From the NCBI GenBank assembly GCA_963851265.1, contig CAWKNZ010000007.1, positions 384,001 to 448,000 on the forward strand: a stretch of DNA of 64,000 nucleotides, written 5' to 3'. Position 1 is the first letter of the stretch. Each line of letters opens with the position of its first letter. The stretch is from an uncultured Gemmatimonadales bacterium. GTDB taxonomy: Bacteria; Gemmatimonadota; Gemmatimonadetes; Gemmatimonadales; Gemmatimonadaceae. This document shows, one piece after another, positions 1 through 9,631 of the stretch. The position numbers and the translations under genes were made by a program. Under the pieces are notes generated by a model. The model was not told where the DNA came from. It made no database searches and saw nothing but the letters and a program-made list of their open reading frames with translations.

Positions 1-1529
1 TCGCCTACACCGTCGCGATGCCCGACCCGGCGTCTCACGTGTACGAGATCGGGATGGAGGTGCGCGGCATGCTCCCGGACACGCTCCGCCTCGTGTTGCC
101 GGTCTGGTCGCCGGGGCGTTATGCGCGCGTCGACTTCGCGCGCAACGTGCAGGCCTTCGCGGCCGCGGACGGGCGTGGACGGCCGCTCCGCTGGACGAAG
201 CTCGGCGGGTCGACGTGGGGCGTGGCGACCGACGGCGCGGCGGGCGCGGGCCCACGCACCGTGCGCGTCCGGTACGGCGTGTACGCCGACAACCTGTCGG
301 GCACCTACAGCGTGCTCGACACCGCGCATGCCAACTGGAACGGCGCCGGCCTGTTCGCGTACGTGGACGGGCACAAGCCCGACGCCGTCTCGCTCGCGGT
401 GCGGCCGCCCACGGGGTGGCGCGTGCTGAACGGCGCGCAGGGGAACCCCGAGCGCGAGGTCGCGACGTCCGACGGCTCGGTCGCGTTCCGGTTCCCGAAC
501 TACGACGAGATGATCGACGCGCCGACCGAGGTCGCGCCGGCGGCGAACGTCGCGGTCGACAGCTTCAGCGTGGACGCTCGGCGGTACCGCGTCGTGCTGC
601 ACCACAACGGGCCGCTCGACGCGCGCGTGCGGCGGCAGTTCGTCGACGGGGCGCGTGCGATCGTCGCGCGCGAGAACCGCGTGGTCGCGCCGCCGCCGCT
701 CGCGCAGTACACGTTCCTCGCGCACGCGGGCTACGGCGGCGGCGACGGGATGGAGCACCTCACGTCCACCGAGGTCATCACGCCGCGCACGCTCGCCGAT
801 TCGGCCGCCGCCGCCGCCTTCCTCGGCACCGTCGCGCACGAGTACTTCCACACGTGGAACGTGAAGCGCGTTCGGCCGGCCGCGTTAGGCCCGTTCGACT
901 ACACCGACGCACAGCACGAGCCGTCGCTGTGGGTGGCCGAGGGGTGGACGCAGTATTACGGCGAGATCACGCCGGTGCGTGTCGGGCTCGTGTCGCGCGC
1001 GGCGTTCTACGCGGGGCTCGCACGCACGCTCCAGGCGGTGAACACGTCGCCGGCGCGGCTCGAGCGCTCGCCGCGCGCGGCGTCGTTCGACGCGCCGTTC
1101 TTCGACGGCGCGCGCGCGCCGATGGACGTGAACTCGCGGGCGACGTTCCTGACGTACTACGTCGCCGGCGCGGCGCGCGCGCTCGCGCTCGACCTGATGA
1201 TCCGCGGCGCGTCGGGCGGCACGCGCTCGCTCGACGACGTGCTACGCGCGCTCAAGCGACGCAGCTGGGACACGCCGCGCGCGAGCTACTATCTCGAAGG
1301 GCGCGGCTACACCGAGCAGGACGTGGAGCAGGCCGCGAGCGAGGTGGCCGGGACGGACCTCCACGACTGGTTCGACCGGCACGTGGGCGGGACGGAGGAC
1401 ATCGTGTGGGCGCCGCTGCTCCGGGCCGTCGGGTTGACGCTCTCGACCGACCCGGGCGCGTGGACGATAGCGGAGGACCCGGCGGCGACCGCCCAGCAGG
1501 TCGCGCTCCGCGACGCCTGGTTGCGGTAG
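1..1529 (+). CDS. M61 family (glycyl aminopeptidase-like) metallopeptidase, 5' partial
   Basis: GGMEH-like GDGMEH, HEYFH zinc motif and LWVAEGWT; frame is open to the window edge upstream of ATG 18. Confidence 0.85.
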   Translation, partial: AYTVAMPDPASHVYEIGMEVRGMLPDTLRLVLPVWSPGRYARVDFARNVQAFAAADGRGRPLRWTKLGGSTWGVATDGAAGAGPRTVRVRYGVYADNLSGTYSVLDTAHANWNGAGLFAYVDGHKPDAVSLAVRPPTGWRVLNGAQGNPEREVATSDGSVAFRFPNYDEMIDAPTEVAPAANVAVDSFSVDARRYRVVLHHNGPLDARVRRQFVDGARAIVARENRVVAPPPLAQYTFLAHAGYGGGDGMEHLTSTEVITPRTLADSAAAAAFLGTVAHEYFHTWNVKRVRPAALGPFDYTDAQHEPSLWVAEGWTQYYGEITPVRVGLVSRAAFYAGLARTLQAVNTSPARLERSPRAASFDAPFFDGARAPMDVNSRATFLTYYVAGAARALALDLMIRGASGGTRSLDDVLRALKRRSWDTPRASYYLEGRGYTEQDVEQAASEVAGTDLHDWFDRHVGGTEDIVWAPLLRAVGLTLSTDPGAWTIAEDPAATAQQVALRDAWLR

Positions 1530-1578
1530 GACGGCCGGTCGGACGGCCGACCCGCCGCCGTCGCCGAACGGGCGAGCC

Positions 1579-2343
1579 CTACCGCGCCCGCACGGTCCCG
1601 AGTCCGCCGTCGACTCCGATCACCTGGCCGGTGATCCACGCGGCGGCCGGAGATAGGAGGTACGCGATCATCGCGGCGACGTCGTCGGGCTCGCCGAGGC
1701 GCCCGAGGGCGTGCATGCCGAGCGACGCCTGCTCGCCCGCCGGGGTGGCGGTGATGCGGGCGGTGAGAGGCGTGCGCACGAGCCCCGGCGCGACGCAGTT
1801 GACCCGCAGTCCCCGCGCGGCGTAGCTGGCCGCGGCGGACTGGGTCAGGCCGATGACGCCGGCCTTCGCGGCGGCGATAGCCTCGTGGTTGGCGAGCCCG
1901 GTGCGCGCCGCCGCGCTCGCGACGAGGACCACGGCGCCGCCGCCCGGCTGCGCGGCGAGGGTCCGGCCGGCGGCGCGGACCGTCGCGAACGCGGTCGTGA
2001 GTGACGCGGCGACGGTCGCGTCGAACTCCGCCTGCGACGTGAGGTGCGCGGGCTTGAGCAGGAGCGAGCCGGCGCAGTTGACGAGGCCGGCGATTGGGCC
2101 GTGGTCGCGCGCGGCGTCGGCGACGAAGGCGTCGACGGCGTCGAACCGGGTCGCATCGAGGGCGACGCGGGCGACGGCGGCCGCGCCTAACGACGCCGCG
2201 ACCGCCTCGAGCTTGGTGGGGTCCCGGCCCGCGAGGACCAAGCGCGCGCCGCCCGCCGCGAGTTGGCCGGCGAGCGCGGAGCCGATCCCGCCGGCGGCGC
2301 CGATGATCAGGTAGAGCGGAGCAGCGTCGGTCGTATGCGTCAT
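1579..2343 (-). CDS. SDR family NAD(P)-dependent oxidoreductase
   Basis: GAAGGIG Rossmann motif, NCAG, VNCVAPG, ITGQVIGVDGG; the YxxxK position reads IAAAK; ATG at 2343. Confidence 0.85.
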   Translation of the reverse strand: MTHTTDAAPLYLIIGAAGGIGSALAGQLAAGGARLVLAGRDPTKLEAVAASLGAAAVARVALDATRFDAVDAFVADAARDHGPIAGLVNCAGSLLLKPAHLTSQAEFDATVAASLTTAFATVRAAGRTLAAQPGGGAVVLVASAAARTGLANHEAIAAAKAGVIGLTQSAAASYAARGLRVNCVAPGLVRTPLTARITATPAGEQASLGMHALGRLGEPDDVAAMIAYLLSPAAAWITGQVIGVDGGLGTVRAR

Positions 2344-2460
2344 GCGGGCCGAACGCGGGGCGGCCGCGCGGGTTCCCACGCCGCCGGGCGACGGGGCGTT
2401 GACGGAGGGACCGCGGCGGCCCGCGAGGCGCTCGAACTACCCTGTGAGTGGCCGCCCAGG

Positions 2461-3243
2461 TCAGGGCGAGAGCCGCTCCCGGCGCCAGTCCGACCCGTCC
2501 CGGACGTACCGAATCCGATCGTGCAGCCGGCTCGCCCGACCCTGCCAGAACTCGTACGCCGTGGGCACCACGCGGTAGCCGCCCCAGTGGTCGGGAAGGG
2601 GGACCGGACCGCCGTCGGCGAACCGCGCCTCGGTCGCGGCGAAGTCCCGCTCGAGCGCCGCGCGGTCGGGGAGCACGCTCGACTGCCGCGACGTCCACGC
2701 GCCCATCTGGCTGCCCCGCGGGCGCGTCGCGAAGTAGGCCGCACTCTCTTCGCGCGACGTGCGCTCGACGGCCCCCACGACCCGCACCTGCCGTTCCAGC
2801 TCGGCCCACCAGAAGACGAGCGCGGCGCGCGACGTGGCCTCGATCTCCTGCGCCTTCTGCCCGCGGTAGTCGGTGTAGAACACGAAGCCGCGTGCGTCGG
2901 CGCCCTTGAGCAGCACGACGCGCGCATCGGGCGCGCCGTCGGGCGCGACGGTGGCGAGCGTCATCGCGTTCGGCTCGACCGCCTTCGCGTCGAGCGCCTC
3001 GCGGAACCACCGCCGGAACTGCGCGACGGGGTCAGGATCGACGTCGCCCTCGTCGAGCGCCGCGCGCGTGTACGACCGGCGCAGGTCGGCGATCTCGGGG
3101 TCGACCGGCGCGACCCGGGGCCGTCCGCCTAACGTCGGGTCGGGTGCGCCGCGGTCGGCGGCGTCCCCGACGGTGTCGGCGCGCCAGCTCGCCGGCGACG
3201 CCGAGTTCGGTGCGTTCGCGCCCGACGCGGTGGGGTCGCTCAC
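2461..3243 (-). CDS. pdxH: Pyridoxine/pyridoxamine 5'-phosphate oxidase
   Basis: LRRSY, ARVVLLKG, RQVRV, EFWQGRASRLHDR, WRRERLSP; GTG start at 3243 inferred from its position just after the bioB stop. Confidence 0.93.
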   Translation of the reverse strand: MSDPTASGANAPNSASPASWRADTVGDAADRGAPDPTLGGRPRVAPVDPEIADLRRSYTRAALDEGDVDPDPVAQFRRWFREALDAKAVEPNAMTLATVAPDGAPDARVVLLKGADARGFVFYTDYRGQKAQEIEATSRAALVFWWAELERQVRVVGAVERTSREESAAYFATRPRGSQMGAWTSRQSSVLPDRAALERDFAATEARFADGGPVPLPDHWGGYRVVPTAYEFWQGRASRLHDRIRYVRDGSDWRRERLSP

Positions 3244-3247
3244 GCGC

Positions 3248-4324
3248 TCACCCGAGCTGCGCCATCGGCAGCGGCGCGCGCGGGTACGCCGCGGGCAACC
3301 CGGCATACGGGTCGCCCGCGAGCGGCTCGCCGTCGGGCGTCTCGACCACGAAGCCGGCGTCGCGGATCAGGTCGAGGTCGGCCCGCGCCGCGGCGCCCTG
3401 CGTGGTGAGGTAGTCGCCGATGAAGATCGAGTTCGCCGCGTACAGCCCCATCACCTGCATCGAGCGCAGGTGCACCTCGCGCCCGCCCGCGATGCGGATC
3501 TCCTGCGACGGCAGCAGGAACCGGTAGAGGGCGAGGATGCGCAGGCAGCGCCGCGGGTCGAGGGCGCGCACGTCCGCGAACGGCGTGCCGGGGACAGGGA
3601 TCAGGAAGTTCACGGGCACGGAGCGCACCTCGAGCGCGCGGAGCGACAGGGCGAGGTCGATCACGTCGTCGTCCGTCTCGCCCATCCCGACGATCCCGCC
3701 CGAACACGTCTTGAGCCCCGCCGCGCGGACCTGCTCCACGGTGGCCACACGGTCCTCGAAGGTGTGCGTGCTCACGACTTCCGGCGTGAAGCGCGCGCTC
3801 GTGTTGAGGTTGTGGTTCACCTGCGTCACGCCGGCGTCCTTGAGCGCGACGGCCTGCTCCTGCGTGAGCAGTCCGAGGCACGCGCAGATCTTCAGGTCGT
3901 GTCGTGCGCGCACCTCGCGCACCGCGTCGAGCACCTTCTCGAACACGCGCCCGCCGGGCGAGCGCCCCGAGATCACCATGCAGAAGGTGCCGGCCTTGAG
4001 CGCGGCCGCGCGGTCCGCGGCGTCGAGGATGCGCTCGCGCGCGAGCATCGGGTACTTCTCGATCTCGGCGCCGCTCACCTTCGACTGCGAGCAGTAGCCG
4101 CAGTCCTCGGGGCAGAGTCCGCTCTGCGCGTTGAGCAGGAAGTGCAGGCGCACCTTGTTGCCCCAGTGGTGGCGGCGCACGCGGTACGCCGCCGCCAGCT
4201 GGTCGAGAAGCGCGTCGTCCGGCGCGCGGAGCACGGCGAGCGCGTCGTCGCGCTCGATCAACTCGCCGGCGAGCGCGTGCTCGGCGAGGCGGTTCCAGTC
4301 GGTGCGGTGGGTGGAGAGCAGCAT
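3248..4324 (-). CDS. bioB: Biotin synthase (radical SAM)
   Basis: CPEDCGYC motif, [34 protein letters not shown]. Confidence 0.96.
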   Translation of the reverse strand: MLLSTHRTDWNRLAEHALAGELIERDDALAVLRAPDDALLDQLAAAYRVRRHHWGNKVRLHFLLNAQSGLCPEDCGYCSQSKVSGAEIEKYPMLARERILDAADRAAALKAGTFCMVISGRSPGGRVFEKVLDAVREVRARHDLKICACLGLLTQEQAVALKDAGVTQVNHNLNTSARFTPEVVSTHTFEDRVATVEQVRAAGLKTCSGGIVGMGETDDDVIDLALSLRALEVRSVPVNFLIPVPGTPFADVRALDPRRCLRILALYRFLLPSQEIRIAGGREVHLRSMQVMGLYAANSIFIGDYLTTQGAAARADLDLIRDAGFVVETPDGEPLAGDPYAGLPAAYPRAPLPMAQLG

Positions 4325-4357
4325 GCGCGAGAAGCTAACCCGGAGTGGCCGTCCGAC

Positions 4358-4807
4358 TCAGCGCGCGTCCGTTTCGGCCGCGCCGAGCGTGAACTGCGCG
4401 AAGCCGACCGTGACGCCGCCGGGCTCGCGCACGTACAGCTCGTCGGAGCCGTAGAACGTGGTGTGGCGCGCCTTCACGACCGGCACGCCCTGCATCACGC
4501 GCTCGATGGCGTCGAGGTCGTCGACGGCGAGGAAGAGCGTGACCGGCTGCGCCTCCCGCGACGCGCGCAGCGCCGCCGCCAGTGCCGGGTGCTCCTCCGC
4601 GATGCTCGCGACGGTCTGGTACATGACTTCGACCGCACCGCGGCGCGCGCTGGCGAACAGCAGGCCGCCGTCGGGCCCGGGCACCGTGTTCTCGACCGCG
4701 AACCCCAGGCGGTCGGTCCAGAACGCGAGCGACGGTTCGACCTGCTCGACGAGCATCACCGGCGTGAGCTGTGTGACCTGCGGGGCGGTGGACGGGGGCG
4801 CGGACAT
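4358..4807 (-). CDS. VOC/glyoxalase family protein
   Basis: LTPVMLVEQVEPSLAFWTDRLGF and TFYGSDELYVREPGG; ATG at 4807. Confidence 0.8.
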   Translation of the reverse strand: MSAPPSTAPQVTQLTPVMLVEQVEPSLAFWTDRLGFAVENTVPGPDGGLLFASARRGAVEVMYQTVASIAEEHPALAAALRASREAQPVTLFLAVDDLDAIERVMQGVPVVKARHTTFYGSDELYVREPGGVTVGFAQFTLGAAETDAR

Positions 4808-5703
4808 GGGTGCGTGTGGGAGGCGGCGGGTGAGCGGCGGGTGAGCGGCGCGCGGCGCGCCGCGAGCGGCGCGGCTACGGCCCGGAGGTGGGCGGCGGCG
4901 GCGGGCCGGTCGTGCGCGGGGCGGTCGTGCGCGGGGCGATCGTCCGCGGGTGGCGGGTCGGCCGCGGCGCCTGTGTCGGCCCGGAGCACGGCGGCGAGCG
5001 GGGCCGCGGCGCGCGCGAGCGTGCGATCGTCGCCTAACGTCTCGGGGGGCACGTGGGCGAACGCCACGACCGGTACCGCGGGCAGCAGCTCGCGCAGAAC
5101 GCCGAGGTTGGTGCGTTCGGCGACGTCGGCGTGGTCCGGGTGGCGGTCGTTGAGCACGACGGCGCGGACGGTCAGACCGCGCCGCTCCGCCTCGCGGATG
5201 GTGAGCAGGGTGTGGTTGACCACGCCGAGGCGGTTCGCGGCGACGACGACCACGGCGAGGTGCCACGCGAGCGCGAGCGCGGCGAAATCGACCACCTGCC
5301 CGCGGGAGTCGCGCGCGAACGGAACGAGCAGCCCGCCCGCGCCCTCGACGACCAGCGCGTCGGCAAGGGCCTCCAGGCGCGCGCGCGCCGCGTCCAGGCG
5401 CCCGAGGTCGACTGCACGGTGCGCGCGATCCCCGGCCACGAGCGGCGCGAGCGGTTCGGCGTACACGATGGGGCACACGTCGTCGTGCGCGTGCACGGCG
5501 CCCGCCGCGCGCCGCAGGCGCGCGGCGTCCGAATCGGGCGTCCCGTCGGTGATGCCGGTCTCGACGGGCTTCATCGCGGCGACGCGCAGCCCGCCGGCGC
5601 GGAGGTTCGTGACGAGCGCGCACGAGACGAGTGTCTTCCCGACGCCGGTGTCGGTGCCGGTCACGGCGAGGCGGAGCTGGTGCGTGGGCGTGCGGTCGGG
5701 CAT
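4756..5703 (-). CDS. bioD: Dethiobiotin synthase with low-complexity C-terminal tail
   Basis: GTDTGVGKT P-loop, KPVETG, VVEGAGG, LGVVNHTLLT. Confidence 0.92.
   Translation of the reverse strand: MPDRTPTHQLRLAVTGTDTGVGKTLVSCALVTNLRAGGLRVAAMKPVETGITDGTPDSDAARLRRAAGAVHAHDDVCPIVYAEPLAPLVAGDRAHRAVDLGRLDAARARLEALADALVVEGAGGLLVPFARDSRGQVVDFAALALAWHLAVVVVAANRLGVVNHTLLTIREAERRGLTVRAVVLNDRHPDHADVAERTNLGVLRELLPAVPVVAFAHVPPETLGDDRTLARAAAPLAAVLRADTGAAADPPPADDRPAHDRPAHDRPAAAAHLRAVAAPLAARRAPLTRRSPAASHTHPCPRPRPPPRRSHSSRR
4907..4951. repeat. 15-bp tandem repeat, 3 copies (third degenerate)
   Basis: cggtcgtgcgcgggg x2 then cgatcgtccgcgggt; encodes the (A/P)xDRP-AHDRP-AHDRP run in the BioD tail. Confidence 0.75.
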
Positions 5704-6040
5704 GCGGGGGCGGCAGGGCGGATGCGTCCCGCTACGTTAGCCGCGTCGCGGTCGCGGCGGTACGCGGCGGTACACCGCGCGCATCGCGGCCGTCGAGGCC
5801 ACCGCCGCCAGGAGCGCGACCGGGCGGCGAAAGTGGGCGCGTGCGAGCTGGCGTGAGCATGACTCCGGGTCTCGGGCTCCCGTCAGGTGCCGCACTTCCG
5901 ACCGTCCGCGGCGTTTACGTCGCGCTTGCGTCGACCGCCTCCGCTCGCGCCCTCCGCCGCGGTGAGCCTTGCCAGGTCCGCACACCGGGTGTGCGGCCTT
6001 CGACTGCGTGCGCCGCGATGCGGCGGCCGGACGCCGCCCC

Positions 6041-6625
6041 CTACGAGCGTCGACGCCGTGCTGCGGCCGCGAGGCCGAGGCCGACCGCGACGAGCCCGAT
6101 CGTCGCCGGCTCGGGCGTCACCGTCCCGGTCGGGTTGGCCGCCAGGATGGCGGCCGGCGTGTTCTCGAGGGAGAAGTACGTCGTCGCGCCGTCGGCCAGT
6201 GCGTTCGTGAACTCGATGGTGCCCGTCGTGTTATCGGGGCTGACGTTCGCGAACCGCATGTTCGGACCTTCATATCCCGTGGCGTGCGCCCACGTGCACG
6301 TAATGTTGAACGTGCACAGGCCGTCGTTGTCGAATCCGAACGCGTCGAGGTTCGGGGTGGTGAGCGTGAACGCGCTCACCGCGTGTCCCGAATTGTTGAG
6401 GACTCCGACGAGCGCGTCATCATTCCCATCGTAAGGTCCTTGCGTGGGGTCGCGCGTGATGCTGACGCTCCCGTCGGGGTTGAACGTGATCAGCACGCCA
6501 CAACTCGCGTCCCCACCCACTCGCGGACACTCGGTGAACGGTTGCGCCCTCGCGGTGCCCGGGGCGAGGACGACGCCGAGCGCGAGTGCGCTGGCGAGAA
6601 GAGCAGTCGAACGGAGCGTGCGCAT
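6041..6625 (-). CDS. PEP-CTERM sorting-domain secreted protein
   Basis: GGAGG RBS, signal peptide ending ARA-Q, C-terminal TPEPATIGLVAVGLGLAAAARRRRS. Confidence 0.9.
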   Translation of the reverse strand: MRTLRSTALLASALALGVVLAPGTARAQPFTECPRVGGDASCGVLITFNPDGSVSITRDPTQGPYDGNDDALVGVLNNSGHAVSAFTLTTPNLDAFGFDNDGLCTFNITCTWAHATGYEGPNMRFANVSPDNTTGTIEFTNALADGATTYFSLENTPAAILAANPTGTVTPEPATIGLVAVGLGLAAAARRRRS

Positions 6626-6734
6626 GCGACCTCCCGAAAGGAACGGCTGCGGCGGTGGCCCCGCCGCCGGGCGTGAACGCCGGCCGCGCGCGGCATCCGG
6701 CCGGATGCGCCGCGCCGAGCGTGAATGGCGCGCT

Positions 6735-6763
6735 ACGATACGAATGACCGCCGGATCGCGCAA
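6735..6763 (-). promoter_or_regulatory. Putative sigma70 promoter of the PEP-CTERM gene
   Basis: TTGCGC-N17-TATCGT on the minus strand about 110 nt upstream of the start. Confidence 0.5.
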
Positions 6764-6854
6764 TAGCTGCGAATCGTGACGAAGCCGACGCGGGCGACGC
6801 GTTTCTGACGGTCCGTCCCTAATGGTCCGGCGTTCGGCGGCGCGCGCCGCCCCG

Positions 6855-8195
6855 TCACGCGTCGTCCAGCACCCCGCCGCCGGTCGCGGCGGGCGCGCGC
6901 GCGCCGCCGAGGAAGCGGTCCACGACCGCGTACGCCAGCGCGAGTTCCTCGTCCGTGGTGCAGTACGGCGGTAGCACGTAGCACGCGTCCCCGAGCGGCC
7001 GCAGGAGCACGCCCTCCGCGAGGGCGTACTCGGCGAGCCGGCGGCCCACCGGAGCGAGGTAGCCCTCGCCGCCGTCGTCCGCGAGGTCGAACGCCGCGAC
7101 CGTGCCGAGGACGCGCGCGCCGCGCACGCGCGGGTGCGCGCCTAACGCTGCGAGCTCGCGGCGGTGCGCGGCCTCGATCCGCGCGCGCGCCGCCGCGCAC
7201 GCCGGGTCGCGGAGCAGGGCGAGGCTCGAGAGCGCCGCCGCGCAGGCGACGGGGTTGGCCGTGAACGAGTGCCCGTGAAAGAACGTGCGGCGGCGGTCGT
7301 CGCTCAGGAAGGCGTCGAACAGTTCGCCGCGAACGGCGGTCGCCCCCATCGGAAGGAACCCCCCGGTCAGCCCCTTCGACAGGCAGACGACGTCGGGCTC
7401 CACGCCGGCGCCGCCGCACGCGAAGAGCGGCCCCGTGCGCCCGAACCCGGTCATCACCTCGTCCGCGACGAGGTACACGCCGGCGTCACGGCACCGCGCC
7501 GCGAGCGCGCGCAGCACAGCGGCGTCGTACATCCGCATCCCGGCCGCGCCTAACACGAGCGGCTCGACGACGAGCGCGGCGAGTTCGCCGCGGCGCGCGC
7601 CCAACAACGTGTCGAACGCGGCGAGCGTGCCCTCGGGGTCGCGGCTCGGGTCGGGGAGCCGGGCGACCTCGAAGAGGTGCCCCTCGTACGCCGCGGAGAA
7701 CACGCCCCGCGCGCCGACGCTCATCGCGCCGAACGTGTCACCGTGGTACGCGCCCTCCAGCGCGGCCACGAGGCGGCGCGGACGCCCGCGGTTGTGCCAC
7801 GACTGCAGCGCGATCTTCACGCCGACTTCGACCGCGGTCGACCCGTTGTCCGAGAAGAACACGCGCTCCAACCCCGGCGGCAGCACCGCGGCGAGTTCGG
7901 CCGCGAGTCGAGCGGCCGGGGCGTGCGTGAATCCGGCGAAGATCACCTGCTCGAGCGCGCCCGCCTGCTCGGCGACCGCGCGCGCGATCGCCGGCTCGGC
8001 GTGGCCGTGCAGCGTCACCCACCAGCTCGAGATCGCGTCGAGGATGCGGCGGCCGTCGGCCGCGTGGAGCCAGGCGCCGCGCGCGCCCACGATCTCCACG
8101 GGCGAGGGGGCGTTCCAGTGCTGTGTGTACGGATGCCAGACGTGCCTCGCGTCGAGCGCGAGGACGTCGGGCGCATGCTGACGTTGCGTGTGCAT
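6855..8195 (-). CDS. bioA: Adenosylmethionine-8-amino-7-oxononanoate transaminase
   Basis: WHPYTQ, DAISSWW, SDNGSTAVE, YHGDT, DEVMTGFGRTG, SKGLTGG. Confidence 0.95.
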   Translation of the reverse strand: MHTQRQHAPDVLALDARHVWHPYTQHWNAPSPVEIVGARGAWLHAADGRRILDAISSWWVTLHGHAEPAIARAVAEQAGALEQVIFAGFTHAPAARLAAELAAVLPPGLERVFFSDNGSTAVEVGVKIALQSWHNRGRPRRLVAALEGAYHGDTFGAMSVGARGVFSAAYEGHLFEVARLPDPSRDPEGTLAAFDTLLGARRGELAALVVEPLVLGAAGMRMYDAAVLRALAARCRDAGVYLVADEVMTGFGRTGPLFACGGAGVEPDVVCLSKGLTGGFLPMGATAVRGELFDAFLSDDRRRTFFHGHSFTANPVACAAALSSLALLRDPACAAARARIEAAHRRELAALGAHPRVRGARVLGTVAAFDLADDGGEGYLAPVGRRLAEYALAEGVLLRPLGDACYVLPPYCTTDEELALAYAVVDRFLGGARAPAATGGGVLDDA

Positions 8196-8249
8196 CGGGG
8201 GCAAAGGCCGGCACGGCCGGCGGGGCGGGAGAGGGCGGCTCGGGCGGTC

Positions 8250-9482
8250 CTACCGCGCGAGCACCGCGGCCACCGCTTCGACCGCCGCGTCGACGTCGGC
8301 GTCGCTGTGCGCCGCGCTGGCGCTGAGCCGGAGCCGTGCCGCGCCCGCGGCGACCGTCGGCGGCCGGATCGCGCCGACGAGCACACCGCGCGCGCGCAGC
8401 GCGTCGCCGGCGCAGGCGGTGCGGCGCGCGTCGCCCACGAGCACGGGAATGATGTGCGCGTCGTCCGCGCCCGGCAGGCGGAGCCCGGCCGCGGCCAGCC
8501 CGGCGCGCAACCGGCGCGCGACCGCGCGCACCCGCTCGCGCCGCCACGGTTCCGCGGCGGCGACGGCGAGCGCCGCGCGCGCGCCCGCCGCGACCGCGGG
8601 CGGGGGCGCGGTCGTGAAGACGAACGACCGCGCGCGGTTGAGCAGCCACTCGCGGAGCGGCCGCGCGCCCGCGACGAACGCCCCGGCCGCGCCGAACGCC
8701 TTGCCTAACGTTCCGACCGTCACGTCCACGGCGCCCTCGACACCGCAGCGCGCCGCGCTCCCGCGCCCGCCGGGCCCGACGACGCCGGTCGCGTGCGCGT
8801 CGTCGACGTACAGGAACGCCCCGTGTCGCCGCACGACCTCCGCCGCCTCGGCGAGCGGGTGCAGGTCGCCGTCCATCGAGTACACGCCCTCGACCACCAC
8901 CCAGCGGCGCCGGAAGCGGCCCGCGTCGGCGCCTAACGCGGCGTCGAGCGCGGCGGGGTCGGCGTGCGGCACCACGCGCACCGCCGCGCCGCCCGCCCGC
9001 GCGAGGCGGCACCCGTCGACGATCGAGGCGTGGTTGAGCGCGTCCGAGTAGATGACGTCGCCGGCGCCGGCGAGCGCGGGGATCGTGCCCGTGTTCGCGG
9101 CGTACCCGCTGGCGAAGCACAGCGCGGCGTCGGCGCCCTTGAGCGCCGCGAGTTCGGCCTCGAGGGCGTGGTACTCGGGGTGATCGCCGCCGATCAGGCG
9201 CGCCGACCCGGCACCGAGCCCCTCGCGGGCGAGCAGCGCGGCGGCGGCCGCGGCGGGGCGCGGGTCGGCCGCGAGCCCGAGGTAGTCGTTGGACGCGAAG
9301 TCGAGCATCCGCGGGCCGGACGTGCGCGCGCGCGGACGGAGCGCGCGCCGCAATCCCGCCGCGTCGAGCGCCGCGAGCTCGGCGTCGAGCTGCGCCGCGA
9401 GCGACGCGTCGGGCGGCAGGTCGGCCGACCGGTCGGCGCGCGGGTCGAACGGCGGCGGGAAGGGTGCGAGAGCATCTGCCAC
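8250..9482 (-). CDS. bioF: 8-amino-7-oxononanoate synthase
   Basis: FASNDYLGL, SGYAAN, NHASIVDG, YSMDGD, DDAHA, TLGKAFG, IRPPTV. Confidence 0.95.
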   Translation of the reverse strand: MADALAPFPPPFDPRADRSADLPPDASLAAQLDAELAALDAAGLRRALRPRARTSGPRMLDFASNDYLGLAADPRPAAAAAALLAREGLGAGSARLIGGDHPEYHALEAELAALKGADAALCFASGYAANTGTIPALAGAGDVIYSDALNHASIVDGCRLARAGGAAVRVVPHADPAALDAALGADAGRFRRRWVVVEGVYSMDGDLHPLAEAAEVVRRHGAFLYVDDAHATGVVGPGGRGSAARCGVEGAVDVTVGTLGKAFGAAGAFVAGARPLREWLLNRARSFVFTTAPPPAVAAGARAALAVAAAEPWRRERVRAVARRLRAGLAAAGLRLPGADDAHIIPVLVGDARRTACAGDALRARGVLVGAIRPPTVAAGAARLRLSASAAHSDADVDAAVEAVAAVLAR

Positions 9483-9631
9483 GCGCGGAAGCTACACCAC
9501 CCACGTCGGACGTCCGCACGTGCCGACCGGCGACCCAAACCGCGCGGCCGACGTCCGTGTCGAATCCTCGCCCCAACCGGAAGCGTATGGTGCGCGATCC
9601 CTCCCGCGCGCCCCCCCGATCCCGCGCCAGC

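Noticed and set aside
2906..5740. 944-aa plus-strand ORF, and similar long Arg/Ala/Pro-rich ORFs such as 28492-32073 and 11981-14545
   Set aside because: Shadow frames of well-supported genes; long open frames are expected at this GC content and show no motifs
5737..5985. Short ORFs or a riboswitch between the PEP-CTERM gene and bioD
   Set aside because: No recognisable protein motif or riboswitch consensus; only a small hairpin at 5978-5996
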